This document shows, piece after piece, positions 23,500-35,806 of a stretch of 64,000 bases of DNA. Below the pieces are notes generated by a model, which was not told where the DNA came from, did not search any database, and saw only the letters and a program-made list of their open reading frames with translations. Numbering within the stretch: the stretch's first letter is position 1; each line of letters starts with the position of its first letter. The position numbers and the translations under genes were made by a program. Origin of the DNA: Diadema antillarum (Eukaryota); contig NW_027271091.1 in assembly GCF_040938485.1 (NCBI RefSeq), forward strand, positions 248,001 to 312,000. The letters run 5' to 3'.

Positions 23500-26400
23500 A
23501 TGGCAGGTAAATATACATTTGATATGGATCATAGAATGACAACACATTCCTATGTTTAAGGCAACTCGGTGATGGAAAGGTCTTTGCTGATTTATGATTG
23601 AGAAGTAAACATGGTTAACACGTTCATTTGTGTTTTGTAATAGTCATAGTTATTCGACAAGCAGTAGGCCTACTTGTGAATATACAAAAAGTAACTTTAG
23701 CGTAATACATCAAATGCAGTAAGGGTGTCTGTTCAAAACAGTATACCTCATAGTATCATTGTGCGTTATCAGTCTGTCTTAGGTCATGTTGTACCATATG
23801 CATTTTTGCCTATGCTGTTTTTACTGCACATGCGAGGATTGGCCAAATATGATATGTCGAAAAGAACGACAAAGTCCAACATTTGTATTTTAGCCTGCAC
23901 TAGGTTGCCAAACCATGGCCATCGTTTCTATAGTTTTGCAGGAATTAAAACAAAGACAGAAACAAAAACAACGGCAAACAAATTTATCGCTTCCATCCAG
24001 GGACGTCCGTGACTCGTGATTTGTTATCGAAACTGCAGCAAAAGCCTCGTCATGATTATGAGCACGACCTACTAAAGCCAGGATATGAATGTCATGTTGG
24101 ATTTTTGCCATGCGCGTTCTTCGCAAATCGTTGGCGTGCTCCGTGAAATCAGTCCTTTATGTATAATTCTTTTCTTTTTAGTCCCGCGAAAGCAGCAAAT
24201 TTTGATCATTTTCTAGATCGTAAGTTTGTGAGACATTTATCTCACACGTGAAACGTGCATTTGTTGCATGTTTGGGGGCGTATACGCACCACGTCACATC
24301 TGACTTATGTAAAGTGCATGACCAATATGTCTGATTCCACACTGACTTGATTTCACCAAATTCTATTCGTATTTCCACAAATTACACTCGTAACATACAT
24401 ATTGTACGAATGAAACGATGCTTAAAACAAATAGTAATATCCCGTAGGTAGAGGACGGAACTTTTACAAAACATTTAAGTAACAAAATACCTTTAAATCA
24501 GTCTAGGGTTTGCCATATTTCTATGCAAAGATAAAAATAATGAACAGGTAGGGGAACCCACAGGAAAGCATATGCGGGGGGGGGGGGTGGTATGTCGTCG
24601 ACAAAGAAGTCGATACACACACAACACGCACGCAGGTACACCTAAACAGGTGTGCGTGAATAAATCAACAACAGAAATAACAGAGGGGGGAATAGAAGGA
24701 CGAAAGAGAAAATAACAAATTTGACTCCAACTCAAGACAGTTGAAGTGTAATTCCCTTACCTGTGATTACTGGAGCATTGACAATACGTGTTGATGTATT
24801 TTGTTCAGGCACTACTTTGTGTTTTTATCACTCAGAAAGAGTTCTTGGAAGTGAGGAACCTATCTTTTCGTCTGAAGTCCCTCCGTGTGTCAAAGAGACA
24901 TGCTATGAATATCGAGGTGTAGTTGTACCGACTCACATGGCCCCTCGCGCCTTAGCTGCATTGGAAAATTTCGAAGTACGGCCTGATGACACCTTTGTCA
25001 TAACTTACGTAAAGTCAGGTGAGTTGTAGGCCGTTTTTATTTCCACATCCTTGGCTGATGTTCACCTGACACCATTATAATACATTTGACCTGTATTTCT
25101 CCTCTTACTCGTTTTGATGACAAAAGGACGTGTCTGTAAGGCCCATCGATTTCAAGTCAACAACTTGTCGTGCTTGTGAGGGGTACAAACGACTAGATGC
25201 TTCAGATATCTCTTGTCTAATCGACCCTTACAAGAAATAAGAACCTTTACATAAACAACACCGTATATCATGGTCATAAAATCATGTTACATGCACCCCC
25301 TCCGAAAACTTCCCCCTTACTCTTTCAGTTATAATGTGTACTTTTGTATTGTGCTCATAGTTAGTAAGGAAAAATTCATAAAATTTCATTTTTATATTCC
25401 TGAAGTTGATATCCTGACGTGTGTCAAGGGTAATACTATTCCCTCTGCCTTCTAAAAGAGGCAGGTCAAGTGCTTTATTATTAGGCGAGAAAAGTGAAAA
25501 TATGTCGAATTTTCTTTATATTTCTTTGTATCGATATTGATGTGTTCTACTAGTATTACTCCATTTCCTCACTCACATTATCCACACATTACATGAAACA
25601 TTTTATTTGTGCCATTGGGTATTAATATCTCCCTTTTCTGGACCAAACTTTCAAGCATTCAGAAATCATTGATTAAATTAAGTGTCTGTTGATGTGTATG
25701 TAGCCCATACTATACATTGCGATTTAACTTGAATTGTCTGAGTGTGTGTGTGTGTGTGTGTGTGTAGTTACAAATGTGTGTTTTTTTATAATAACGCTTT
25801 ATATATCTAAATTTTTCCCCACCAGGTACCACTTGGATGCAGCAGATAATGCTGCTCGTACTTTACGAGGGGGATGTTGCAAAATTAGAAGGGGATCATA
25901 TTTTGACCATGGTTCCGTTTCTAGATACAGTCGACATATTCAATTTTACCGATGTGAGTATTGTTTTATCGAATGTCTTCCTGTTACTTGATTTTCAGTA
26001 CTTTGGATCCATAGCGTCGTAGACACTCTTACACGTACGTTTTTAAAAGAGAAGCGTATAAAACGGAAAGTGAAAATCACAGAGCAGGACAAAGTACCAT
26101 AATTTTTTTTTTTTTTTGCTACTGTATGATTTTCCTTTTGTAAAAAACCCACATTTCCAATGCATCTCATCAAATATATTCTGTTCATTCTATCTCTTTG
26201 ATCAATTGTTTTGTTTTGCTTTGTTTTTGCAATCTTCCGAACAATGCCGCCTGACCTGTTCATCAAAATGTGAATGCAAACTGTTTTTTTTTCTTCTAAT
26301 TCCGTACATTTCCAAAGCTGAGCAAAGCTCCACCAGTGGCTGACTATGCCAAAGACATGCCATCCCCACGGATTTTAAAGACCCACTGTCCTACCGACTG

Positions 26401-29400
26401 GCTGCCCGTGGACATCAGATCAGACGACCCCAAAGTTAAAGTCATCTACGTGGCAAGGAATCCAAAGGACACGGCAGTGTCTCTCTACCACTTCTGTCTC
26501 TTGCTTGGGAATCTGCCGTCCTACGAGAGTTGGGACATCTTCTTTGAGGAGTACATCGCCGGAAGAAGTTAGTGACGTTACGTATACCAAAATTATATTA
26601 GCATGAAATCGAGAAGATGCCAGGAATATAAAAGATATGCAGAATTAGTCATACAATAATTCTTATAAGAAACGTTTTAAAGTTTTTGGGAGAATGACTT
26701 TCTATGAGTTATGTCGATTTATGCCAATTGTATGGAAAGTTACATGGATTATGTAAGGGTAATGCAATGGTAATCATTTCTCCTTCAATTCATGTCTCCT
26801 CTGCTCTGTATATATATATTTTTTTCTTGAATAATATCGAGAGCGTTTGGCGGTTAATATGTTTTATTTCATCCTTTGGATGGATTGTTTTGTAATATAG
26901 TATAGTTGATACTTATGATGTATTATATTACATCACATTATATCAATACGCTTACATGCACTGGCGTAGCCAGGGGGGGGGGGGCGATGGGGGCGGTCGC
27001 CCCCCCCCCCCCCCTAAGATTTGGACCGGGGATTTGGGAGGCGGAAAAAAAAATGCGTGTATACTGTATGCATGCACATGAAGCGGGTCTCCTTTGCAAC
27101 CTTTCATCAAATAAGATATTTTTTTAAATATTTCACTCAAAGTGTGCACCAGATCGTTGAATTTCAATTCAAAATATGCAAAATCTCTCGTGCTTGGGAG
27201 GGGGTATCCCCCTCCCAAACCCTCCCCCTCTGTGCCTCTTTCCCTAGCTAAGTACACTTTTTAGATTTACAAAAAAAATTATGAATAATTCTGAGTGCAC
27301 AAGACTTATCACTTATATTCCGAAAACTCAAGGTTCCCTCATGTATAAGGGGAATTTCCCCTTTTAATCGACCCTTTCCTCCCTCAGCCCCCCCCCCCCT
27401 ATTCAGTTTTTTTTTTGTTTTTTTTGGTGATTTCCCAAATGTTGATTCCATCAAATATGCGTATACGAGATATCTCAATTTCAAACTTAAAAAGGCAAAA
27501 GCTCCATCGGAAGGGAAGGGTGGAGATAACACTCGCTCACGCCTTCTCCCTGCTCCCCCCCCCCCCCCCCCCCCCCGCCATGCATAGAAGTAGACTGTGG
27601 CTATACCCAGATCGCTCTATTTCAATTCTAAAAACGCAAAAGCTCCACGAGCGGGAGGGGGAATCCCCCTTCCCCTAAGCTCTACCTCTCTAGACTTTAT
27701 ACATACACTGTACACACAGATGGTGCACATTCGGAATAAGAGCTAAATTCCGCGATTTTAACACTTCGATGAAGAAGTATTGCACCAAAAATTTGCACCA
27801 GATCGCTGAATTTCAGGTCTGAAAACGCAAAATCACCTTCGTGTGGCAGGGGATATGCCCCTATCTATACACCCTCGTGTGCATGCTTTTTCTGTTTGAT
27901 TGCTGAACAGACAGCGTTCATGATATTCAGTGCAAGAATTAATACAAGAAGACTAGTGTATTTAAATTATACCATTTTATAGGTAAATTGTTAAATAATA
28001 ATCTACACTGAAATATACTGCAACCTTATTGGGACTGTTTCAACTCGTTAAAATACGCAAAAACATGCATCAAATTGCACCATTTGCAACATCAAAATGC
28101 AAAAAGTTCTCACCGTGGGAGGGGGGACACCCCCCTCCCACACCCTCCCCTCCCCCCTCGCTCGCTCCACTCGGTCGGGTTCAGTCGCGTTCATGATATT
28201 CAGTGAAAATAATTAATACAAGAAGTGTATTTTAATTATATCATTTTATAGGCAAATTGTTCAATAATAATCTACACTAAAATATACTGCTACCTTAAAC
28301 AAGTGGGACTGTTTCACGTCGATAAAACGGGCAAAAACATGCATCAAATTGCACCATTGCAAAATCAAAATGCAAAAAGTTCTTACCGTGGGAGGGGGGA
28401 AACCCCCCTCCCACACCCTCCCCTCCCCCCTCGCTCGCTCCGCTCGCTAGGGTTCAGTCGCGTTCATGATATTCAATGAAAAGAATTAATACAATAAGTG
28501 TATTCAAATTATACCATTTTATAGGCAAATTGTTCAATAATAATCTACATTAAAATATACTGCTATATACCTTAAACAAGTGGGACTGTTTCACGTCGAT
28601 AAAACGGGCAAAAACATGCATCAAATTGCACCATTTGCAACATCAAAATGAAAAAAGTTCTTACCGTGGGAGGGGGGACACCCCCTCCCACACCCTCCCC
28701 TACCCCCTCGCTCGCTCCGCTCGCTCGGGTTCAGTCGCGTTCATGATATTCAGTGAAAAGAATTAATACAAGAAGTGTATCTAAATTATACCCTTTTATA
28801 GGCAAGTTGTTCAATAATGATCTACATCAAAATAAACTGCTACCATAAACAAGTGGGACTGTTTCACGTCGATAAAACGCGCAAAAACATGCATCAAATT
28901 GCACCATTTACAACATCAAAATGCAAAAAGTTCTTACCGTGGGAGGGGGGACACCCCCCTCCCACACCCTCCCCGGCACCCCCCCCCCCCTCCTCGCTCG
29001 CTCCGCTCGCTCGGGTTCAGTCGCGTTCATGACATTCAGTGAAAAGAATTAATACAAGAAGTGTATCTAAATTATACCCTTTTATAGGCAAATTGTTCAA
29101 TAATAATCTACATCAAAATAAACTGCTACCATAAACAAGTGGGACTGTTTCACGTCGATAAAACGCGCAAAAACATGCATCAAATTGCACCATTTACAAC
29201 ATCAAAATGCAAAAAGTTCTTACCGTGGGAGGGGGGACACCCCCCTCCCACACCCTCCCCCCCTCGCTAGCTCCGCTCGCTCGGGCTCGGTCGCTTCGCT
29301 CCCTCGCAGACTAACCGCCCCCCCCCCCTAAGATGAAATCCTGGCTACGCCGTTGCTTACATGCACACATCGGATTACTTCGCCAGGAAACATGTTGTCT

Positions 29401-29842
29401 TTTAAATGTGTAAACAGCATACGGAGATTCATAATGTTCAAAGTTCATCAACATGCTCTGCATGAAGAACAAACTCACGTTGAAATAATCAAAATGATTC
29501 TGAGTCTAAGGCTCACCTTAAACCTTGTTCTTTTTTTTTTGTGCTCTTAATATGATTTATTTGAGCATAGGGCCAATACGCCTATGCATAACACATGAGT
29601 AATGTACCTAGTTGTTGTAGCGTGTATATTGTGCGGAACATTGTACATGTCTAGGGAGTGAAATTCTTTCACAATCTTTGGCTAAACATTCCGCAGTTTG
29701 AAATATTTGAATATACACTAGTTTGGAGCAAAATGCGAAAGAACGAAGTTGTTTGATTCTTTTTTTTTTGTATGAAGCATTTTCTTTTGCTTTTTTTTTT
29801 GCTCTCATGATAAGGTTGTATATAATGCTGTCATGTTGTAGT

Positions 29843-29879
<37 letters not shown>

Positions 29880-32240
29880 CGCCAGTCGGATCCTGGTTTG
29901 AGAACGTCCTACCTTGGTGGAGAAGAAGAAATCACCCAAACGTGCTCTTCCTCAAGTACGAAGACATGAAAAAGGTATGTTCTTTGATATCACAATTACA
30001 TGCGATCATGTAGGAATCAGGATAAGTAATTAGTATGGTTCCTACGTGTTTTCATGGGTTTTATTTTAGCTCGCTCAGTAAACGACGTCATTATAACCAC
30101 TGTGCCAACCAAGTCGTCTTCACATTCCGGAGAAATTTTGATGAATCAGTTATTATTATTTTTTTTTCATTTTTCACGGAAGACCTTATCTATTGCATCA
30201 TCTTTCTGTTTTCCCCTATCCCTCTCTTGTTCTCTCCGATCGGTATCCGATTGTATTTTTTTTTTCTGTTTTCGTTTTTTTTTTTTTTTTTTTTTTGGGG
30301 GGGGGGGGGGCCGGGGACAATATTGTGACGCAGTCAAAAACCGGTAAGATAAAAAGGTGTCAATATGAAAATGGTCTTTATGAACACTTGTTGAAATCAG
30401 TTCATGGTCTTTATCTTAATTGTCTGTTGAATGAGTCAAGAAGTTATATTAGTATTCTTGATACGCACATATACACGTACTTATACATGCCGCTATTCTA
30501 TTTGATGTTCATTCTGTATTACCATCGGCACGCATTTTTTTCCCAGAAATTCGCATTCCTATTTTCCATTTCCAAGTGCATATTCAAGTTAAATGTGACG
30601 AAAACACACCAAAAGAGCAGCAAAGCAATGCCGGTGGAATCCAACCTCCTCCTATAAAAGATTGCATCAAAGAAAATACTTGGGATACGTTATTTTGAAA
30701 GCCCTTCTGGCAGGTTTAACACATCAGGTTTTGTCCATGATCAAACAAGCGAGATAAAAAGCAAAGGCGGAGAAGAGTGCTGTGAGATTTCCAAATTGAA
30801 AACGTGTCATGTTGTTGATATCTTGATTGTCTCGTGCTTACTGGCATTTGTTATCAAGTATAGGCAGGCGGTCTGAGAATCAGCGAAAGAGTTAATGATT
30901 TCTCTGTTCGCCGCCCTCTTTCTTCGAGTTGTATTGGAAATAAACGCCTTATTAGACGTTAATGAAATATCTAGCGATACAATGTATGTTTAGGGCTATA
31001 TTATGTATGTTAAGTATGTATTATTGCAATCTTAGGATCATCGTGGGACGGTAGAACAGGTGGCCAGCTTCATGGAGAAATCCCTCTCTGATGACGTCAT
31101 AGACCGCATCGTTGAGGCCTCCACCTTTAGTGCGATGAAGAAGAGCAACAGTTCCAATCCTGACTCACTCATCACCACATCTGGCCTTGCGAAGAACGAA
31201 AACACCATGAAAAGTGGATCATCATTCATGAGGAAAGGTATGGAGTGCAAGAAAAATATAGATCATACTCTTTTTCGGTAAGAAATGTTACACCCGAAAG
31301 AAAATCTTAGTTTTTGCATATCATCAAAAAGACAAAGGTCGTCTCTGCCGAGACTTTATTAGTGTTGCTGAGTCTCGTGTATGGTCAACTTAAATTCAAT
31401 GTGTCGCAATGGTATGTTCTGCTGTTTCTCGCAAACTCAGTGTTGTGAAGGAATATTTAAGGCGCTACTCACCCTAAATAAAAGAAAGTTAATACTCCTG
31501 AAATCGACATTTGAATGGGATTTATGAGAAATTTAATCAATTTAATCAGTATAATTTGCTTATAATGACTTGACACTTTAAACTTTTTCTTGCTCTCTCT
31601 TGTCAATGTCCGACAGGACAAATAGGCACCACACATGCATTTCTTCTTTCCCCCTCATGTTCCCATGCTCTCTTTGTAAATACCCCCCCCCCCAACTCCT
31701 ATCAAGTATCATTTTAACTATTTGCAAGCATATAGATTGTGTGCACGGGGGTTGCAACGATTTTCAAGCTTTAAGCTTATGTTGCAATTCCTTTGCGTGT
31801 TCGTTACCTTGAATAATGTAGCTCTCTTAGTGGAGTTGTATACTGTCCTGTAACTGCTTCTTGTCAATGTATACTTATTGTATAAATTCTGTCTTGGCTA
31901 TATAAGATGTACCTGCATACATTTGTATGCATTCCTATTTTGTGAACACGCATGAAATCTTGAATAAATAAATAAAAAAAATAAAACAAAAAGTTAACAT
32001 TCGTGCAGAACTAGGGCGGAAGGCTTGCAAAGAATATTTTCACTTTTTCCCTGTTGTTCAAAAATGAAATGCTGATATGATAACAATCTTGTAAATGACT
32101 GTTCTGCTATACATTTTTTTTTTTTGTTAGGTGCCATCGGAGACTGGAAGAATTATTTCACAGTTAACCAGAACCGCCGGTTTGACGAACTCTACGCCAA
32201 GGAAATGGCAGGCACCGGGCTGGAATTTCAATTTGAATAG
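23500..32240 (+). CDS. Cytosolic sulfotransferase copy 3, intact, 324 aa. Exons: 23500-23506, 24836-25018, 25826-25953, 26318-26567, 29880-29974, 31036-31237, 32131-32240
   Basis: Exon lengths 7+183+128+250+95+202+110=975 nt splice in frame through GT-AG introns: MAERVLGSEEP...TYVKSGTTW...PRILKTH...RNPKDTAVS...GSWFENV...[19 protein letters not shown]...EFQFE*. Confidence 0.93.
26959..29355. mobile_element. Non-autonomous hAT-like DNA transposon (2.4 kb) in intron 4 of copy 3
   Basis: TIRs CACTGGCGTAGCCAGG / CCTGGCTACGCCGTTG; exact 8-bp TSD CTTACATG at 26951-26958 and 29356-29363; no transposase ORF. Confidence 0.88.
27915..29290. repeat. Tandem array of 5 units of about 275 bp inside the hAT element
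   Basis: Units start CGTTCATGA at 27915, 28188, 28461, 28738 and 29024; each ends in a G/C-rich GGGAGGGGGGACACCCCCTCCC block. Confidence 0.92.
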
Positions 32241-32991
32241 ATTCAGTTGTCTATAATTCTTTTTGCCCCTTCTAGGCTGTCAACGTGCCATTGATTATAC
32301 AACGCTTTTACTGTCAAACTATTTTCTTACCTTAATAGTATATTTAGCCTAGTGTGTCATAAATGGGAAGTTCATACTAACCGCAGCTATATCGTTTTAA
32401 ACGTGAAATCATCTTTCTGGAAAAACTGATTTATTATTACGTTTTTAAATCAAGTGTCGTGTAAGTAAATGTAATATACACTTTTACTTTGATATTTCAA
32501 ACAGTGTTTGATCTGCCAATGATTACAAACAATTAACTGCAACCATTAAATTGACGATATATACATATACATATATGTATATATATATATATATATATGA
32601 GAGAATATTCGGCGAAGAAGAAAAGGTGAACTATCATTCCAGATATAACTACTGAACGTTACATGAATATGAGTTTCTACAAACTGGTTTATTGATATAT
32701 CGGATAATTATAGGACAGAAACCTACAAGAATATGAAGATTATTTCGAATTCCATCAAAAACGCTGGTAGCAAGAACTTTGCAGAGATGCTTTGAAAACA
32801 AATCCTGTCCAGTGATGGCAGTACTTGGAAAACGCGTATGAGACGTAAGAATACTTTTATTTTATGAATATTCTGTGGTTTATTCGTAGCCATGTTGCTA
32901 TTGAACGTTGATGTATTCTTTATCATAAAATTCATGCCAGGCCATGAATCGGTCTTACGTACCAAATATTCTAATAAAAGCGTAGGTAATA

Positions 32992-33230
32992 CAGTACACT
33001 CCCGTTACAACGAACACGGTTATAACGAAATTTCCTTTACCATGAAGTGAAAATGCAGGTCCCAAAATGATAATCATTAAAGTCTATGGAGCATATTCCA
33101 TTACAACGAATACGGTTATAGCGAAATTTTCGTTAAAACGAAGTCATTTCCCAGCGCATCCGATACAGGAAAACATAAGAAATATTCCTCTGATATAGCA
33201 AAATGCAAATATTTACAGATCATCTCTGCA
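32992..33230. mobile_element. TA-target (Tc1/mariner/pogo-like) MITE, truncated on the right
   Basis: TA|CAGTACACTCCCGTTACAACGAA left end; homologous complete copy at 53291-53598. Confidence 0.65.
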
Positions 33231-33383
33231 TGGGTGAAGTACCGCTTCACATTTCTGTGTTTTGAGAAAGAATCCCTCTGTGTTCGATTCAAGTGTTACA
33301 CATCGTATCTGAGGAGGAGAATTCGCATTGTATAATCCGAAAAGGTTCGTTATTCCGAGGGTATTTCGAAACACAAAATTTCC

Positions 33384-34740
33384 GTAAGATTTGTAAGATT
33401 TTATTGACTCTATTGACCCCCTCTCGGGGTAGGAGAGTACAAACATATTTACAATATGAATACAAAAATATAAGTGATAATGTACATGTACATGTGAAAA
33501 TAACTGATATGAATAAATATATTTACAAAACAAGGCGTAAAGGACGTTTATCTACTCTACCACTACGTGTACAAACATTCACATCTACTTTACTTTCTAT
33601 GAAACTACTGTCTTTCTTCTTTGGTGTTGAAGAGAACTGAAACATAATAATTCTGACAAATTTGGCTAGTTTTTTTCAAATGGCAAGCATTAGTTGAATT
33701 GAATAATTTGACCATAATATGTAATGCACTTGGTCTACTGGCCGTCAAGCTACTTGGTAAGTACAATAATCTCTCTTTGTTGAAAAAGGGACAAACAAAA
33801 ATATAACGAAATTCATCCCCTATATCGTCGGATGAACATATAGTACAATGCAATTCATCTGTCAGGCTTGCATCAAACCTGCCCTTATTAACAGGTAATC
33901 CATTAGATCTACATCTAAATTTACTTAATGTATCTTTCTTACACAAGACCTGTAAATACTTCTCTAACATCAAATTATCCTTAAACATTCTATAGAGTTG
34001 TACAGATTCTATTTAACCATGTTGCTGCTCTCCACTCTTAAATAAACATATCAAAAAGTCTAACTTTTGAGGTGTGTGAAACCCATGCAGCACTAAATCC
34101 ACCCCCTTGTGCTAACCACACATTCCCTAGCCCTGCATAATGAAAAATATTTGCGATGAATAATAACCATTGTGATTTTGACGGGGAGTGTATGTCTCCT
34201 TGTAAAGGCAGAAGACATTTGAAAATTGTACATGAGTGTTTGGTTTCTTTCCCCTTGACTAATCTCAACCAGAATCCAATCATTCGACATTTGATATAGT
34301 TCAAAATTGCTCCACGTCCAGTTTCACCATAAACCATACAATCAGGAGTACATTTGTTCACAAGCAAAATTTTTCTTAAGAATTTCCCATGGAAGATTTC
34401 AATTTGGTCTATGCACTCATAACCTCAGATTTCACAACCATAGAGTAAAACAGGTGAAACAAGATGATCAAATAGATGGCACTGTGTGTCCACAGAGAAC
34501 TGTAACTTTTTAGCCTTGACCAACATGCTATAAAGTGCTTTTCTAGCTTGTGTGACTTGTTAAGAAATTGCCCTTTTAAAACTACCATTATAATTGAATT
34601 TAACTCCAAGGTACACAAAGTCATCTACAACCTCAAGTGGATCACCAGAATAAACGAATTCAGGAATTCTCCCACGGGAGAAAATAACAATTTTAGTCTT
34701 GCTTGCATTTACAGTCAAGCGCCAATGGAAGATAAACATT
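33384..34740 (-). mobile_element. 5'-truncated, degenerate non-LTR retrotransposon (LINE) ORF2 C-terminus plus 3' UTR
   Basis: Broken - strand frames give LGVKFNYNGSF...PVLLYGCEIWG...TPDCMVYGETGR...RMIGFWLRL and KFRCRSNGLPVNKGRF...CTICSSDDIGDEFRYIFVCPFF (post-RT and Cys-knuckle region of LINE ORF2). The 3' end has AATAAA and a short AATCTTAC tandem tail near 33384-33405. Clade not assigned. Confidence 0.85.
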
Positions 34741-34754
34741 TTGTACCTAGATAT

Positions 34755-35255
34755 TAGCTAATCGGAAAATGAAATAGGGTTCGTTATAACGAACACTGTA
34801 TTCTATGTTTCGTTACTCCGAATGTTTGTTATTCCTAAGGTTCGTCAATTCCAAACTGAAATAGGGTTCCTTATTACAAAGGTTCGATAATCCAAACATG
34901 ATTGCAATCTTTGTTATTCTGAAGGTTCATTAATTGGAAAAATGAAATAACGGAAATAGAAAATAAATGAGGAAAGTAAAAACCCTTAGGACTTACAAAC
35001 CTAAAAATGTTTTCCAGTTGACAGAAATTAGGATTTATTTCATGTCCGGATTAACGAACATTTGGAATAACGAGTCTTTGGCCTATTTCACTTTCGGAAT
35101 TACGAACCTTCGAAAGAGCGCACCTTCGAAATAACATGCCTTATTCTATTTTTTCGGATTAACAAGCCTTCGGCATATCTTTGGAATAGCGAGCCTTCGG
35201 AATCATGAGCCTTCGGTATAACAAACATTTGAAATGACGGACCTTTGGACTAACG
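34755..35255. repeat. Foldback-type minisatellite element copy B (left end at 33335-33383, interrupted by the LINE)
   Basis: Forward units GGTTCGTTAT../GTTATTCTGAAGG up to about 34960, then inverted units CGAACCTTCG/GAGCCTTCGG at 35050-35250. Confidence 0.7.
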
Positions 35256-35422
35256 AGCTATATGACGGACTCCTACACAATAATTTCGCGTACGGAAAGG
35301 GTTCAGATCGCCCAAATTAGTTTGAAACTTATATCCACTTTATTACGACATAACGATGAGAAACACACAGGACCATTGTGCACCTGTGTGGCAGTGTGGT
35401 CTTGGCTCATGCCACACACGGA

Positions 35423-35806
35423 AGGGATGGTACAGTATTGGTAAAGATAAGCATTGGGCTTTTAACTTTTTGTGGGATGTCAAGAAACCACTTATGAACT
35501 GATACAGTGCATACCATTCTAAGAAGAATTCATAGTTTATCAAATGAAAATCGCTATTGTAAATGGCTGAGACATCCAAAAACAAAGTAAAACAAAGCGA
35601 TCCTAATAAAAGGTGGGTCCCGTATTTTATTGGAATTGCTCTGTCTTGGATATCTCAGCCATTTCAAAATCAATTTTCATCGAATAAACTTCGAATCCCT
35701 CTTGCAGAACGTATGCTCTTTCATATTTCATAAGACGTTTCTCATTATCTCACCAAAATATGTTTGAAACCTTAAGTTAGGTCTCAACAAAAACTATTTA
35801 ATCCCT
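35423..35806. mobile_element. Kolobok-like palindromic MITE family K1 (opposite orientation to the 5597 copy)
   Basis: Left arm AGGGATGGTACAGTATTGG matches the reverse complement of the 5877 end; the right arm ends ATCCCT. Confidence 0.78.

Noticed and set aside
27915-29290. Tandem array as CRISPR or coding repeat
   Set aside because: The units are ~275 bp, contiguous without spacers, rich in stop codons, and lie inside a TSD-bounded hAT element.
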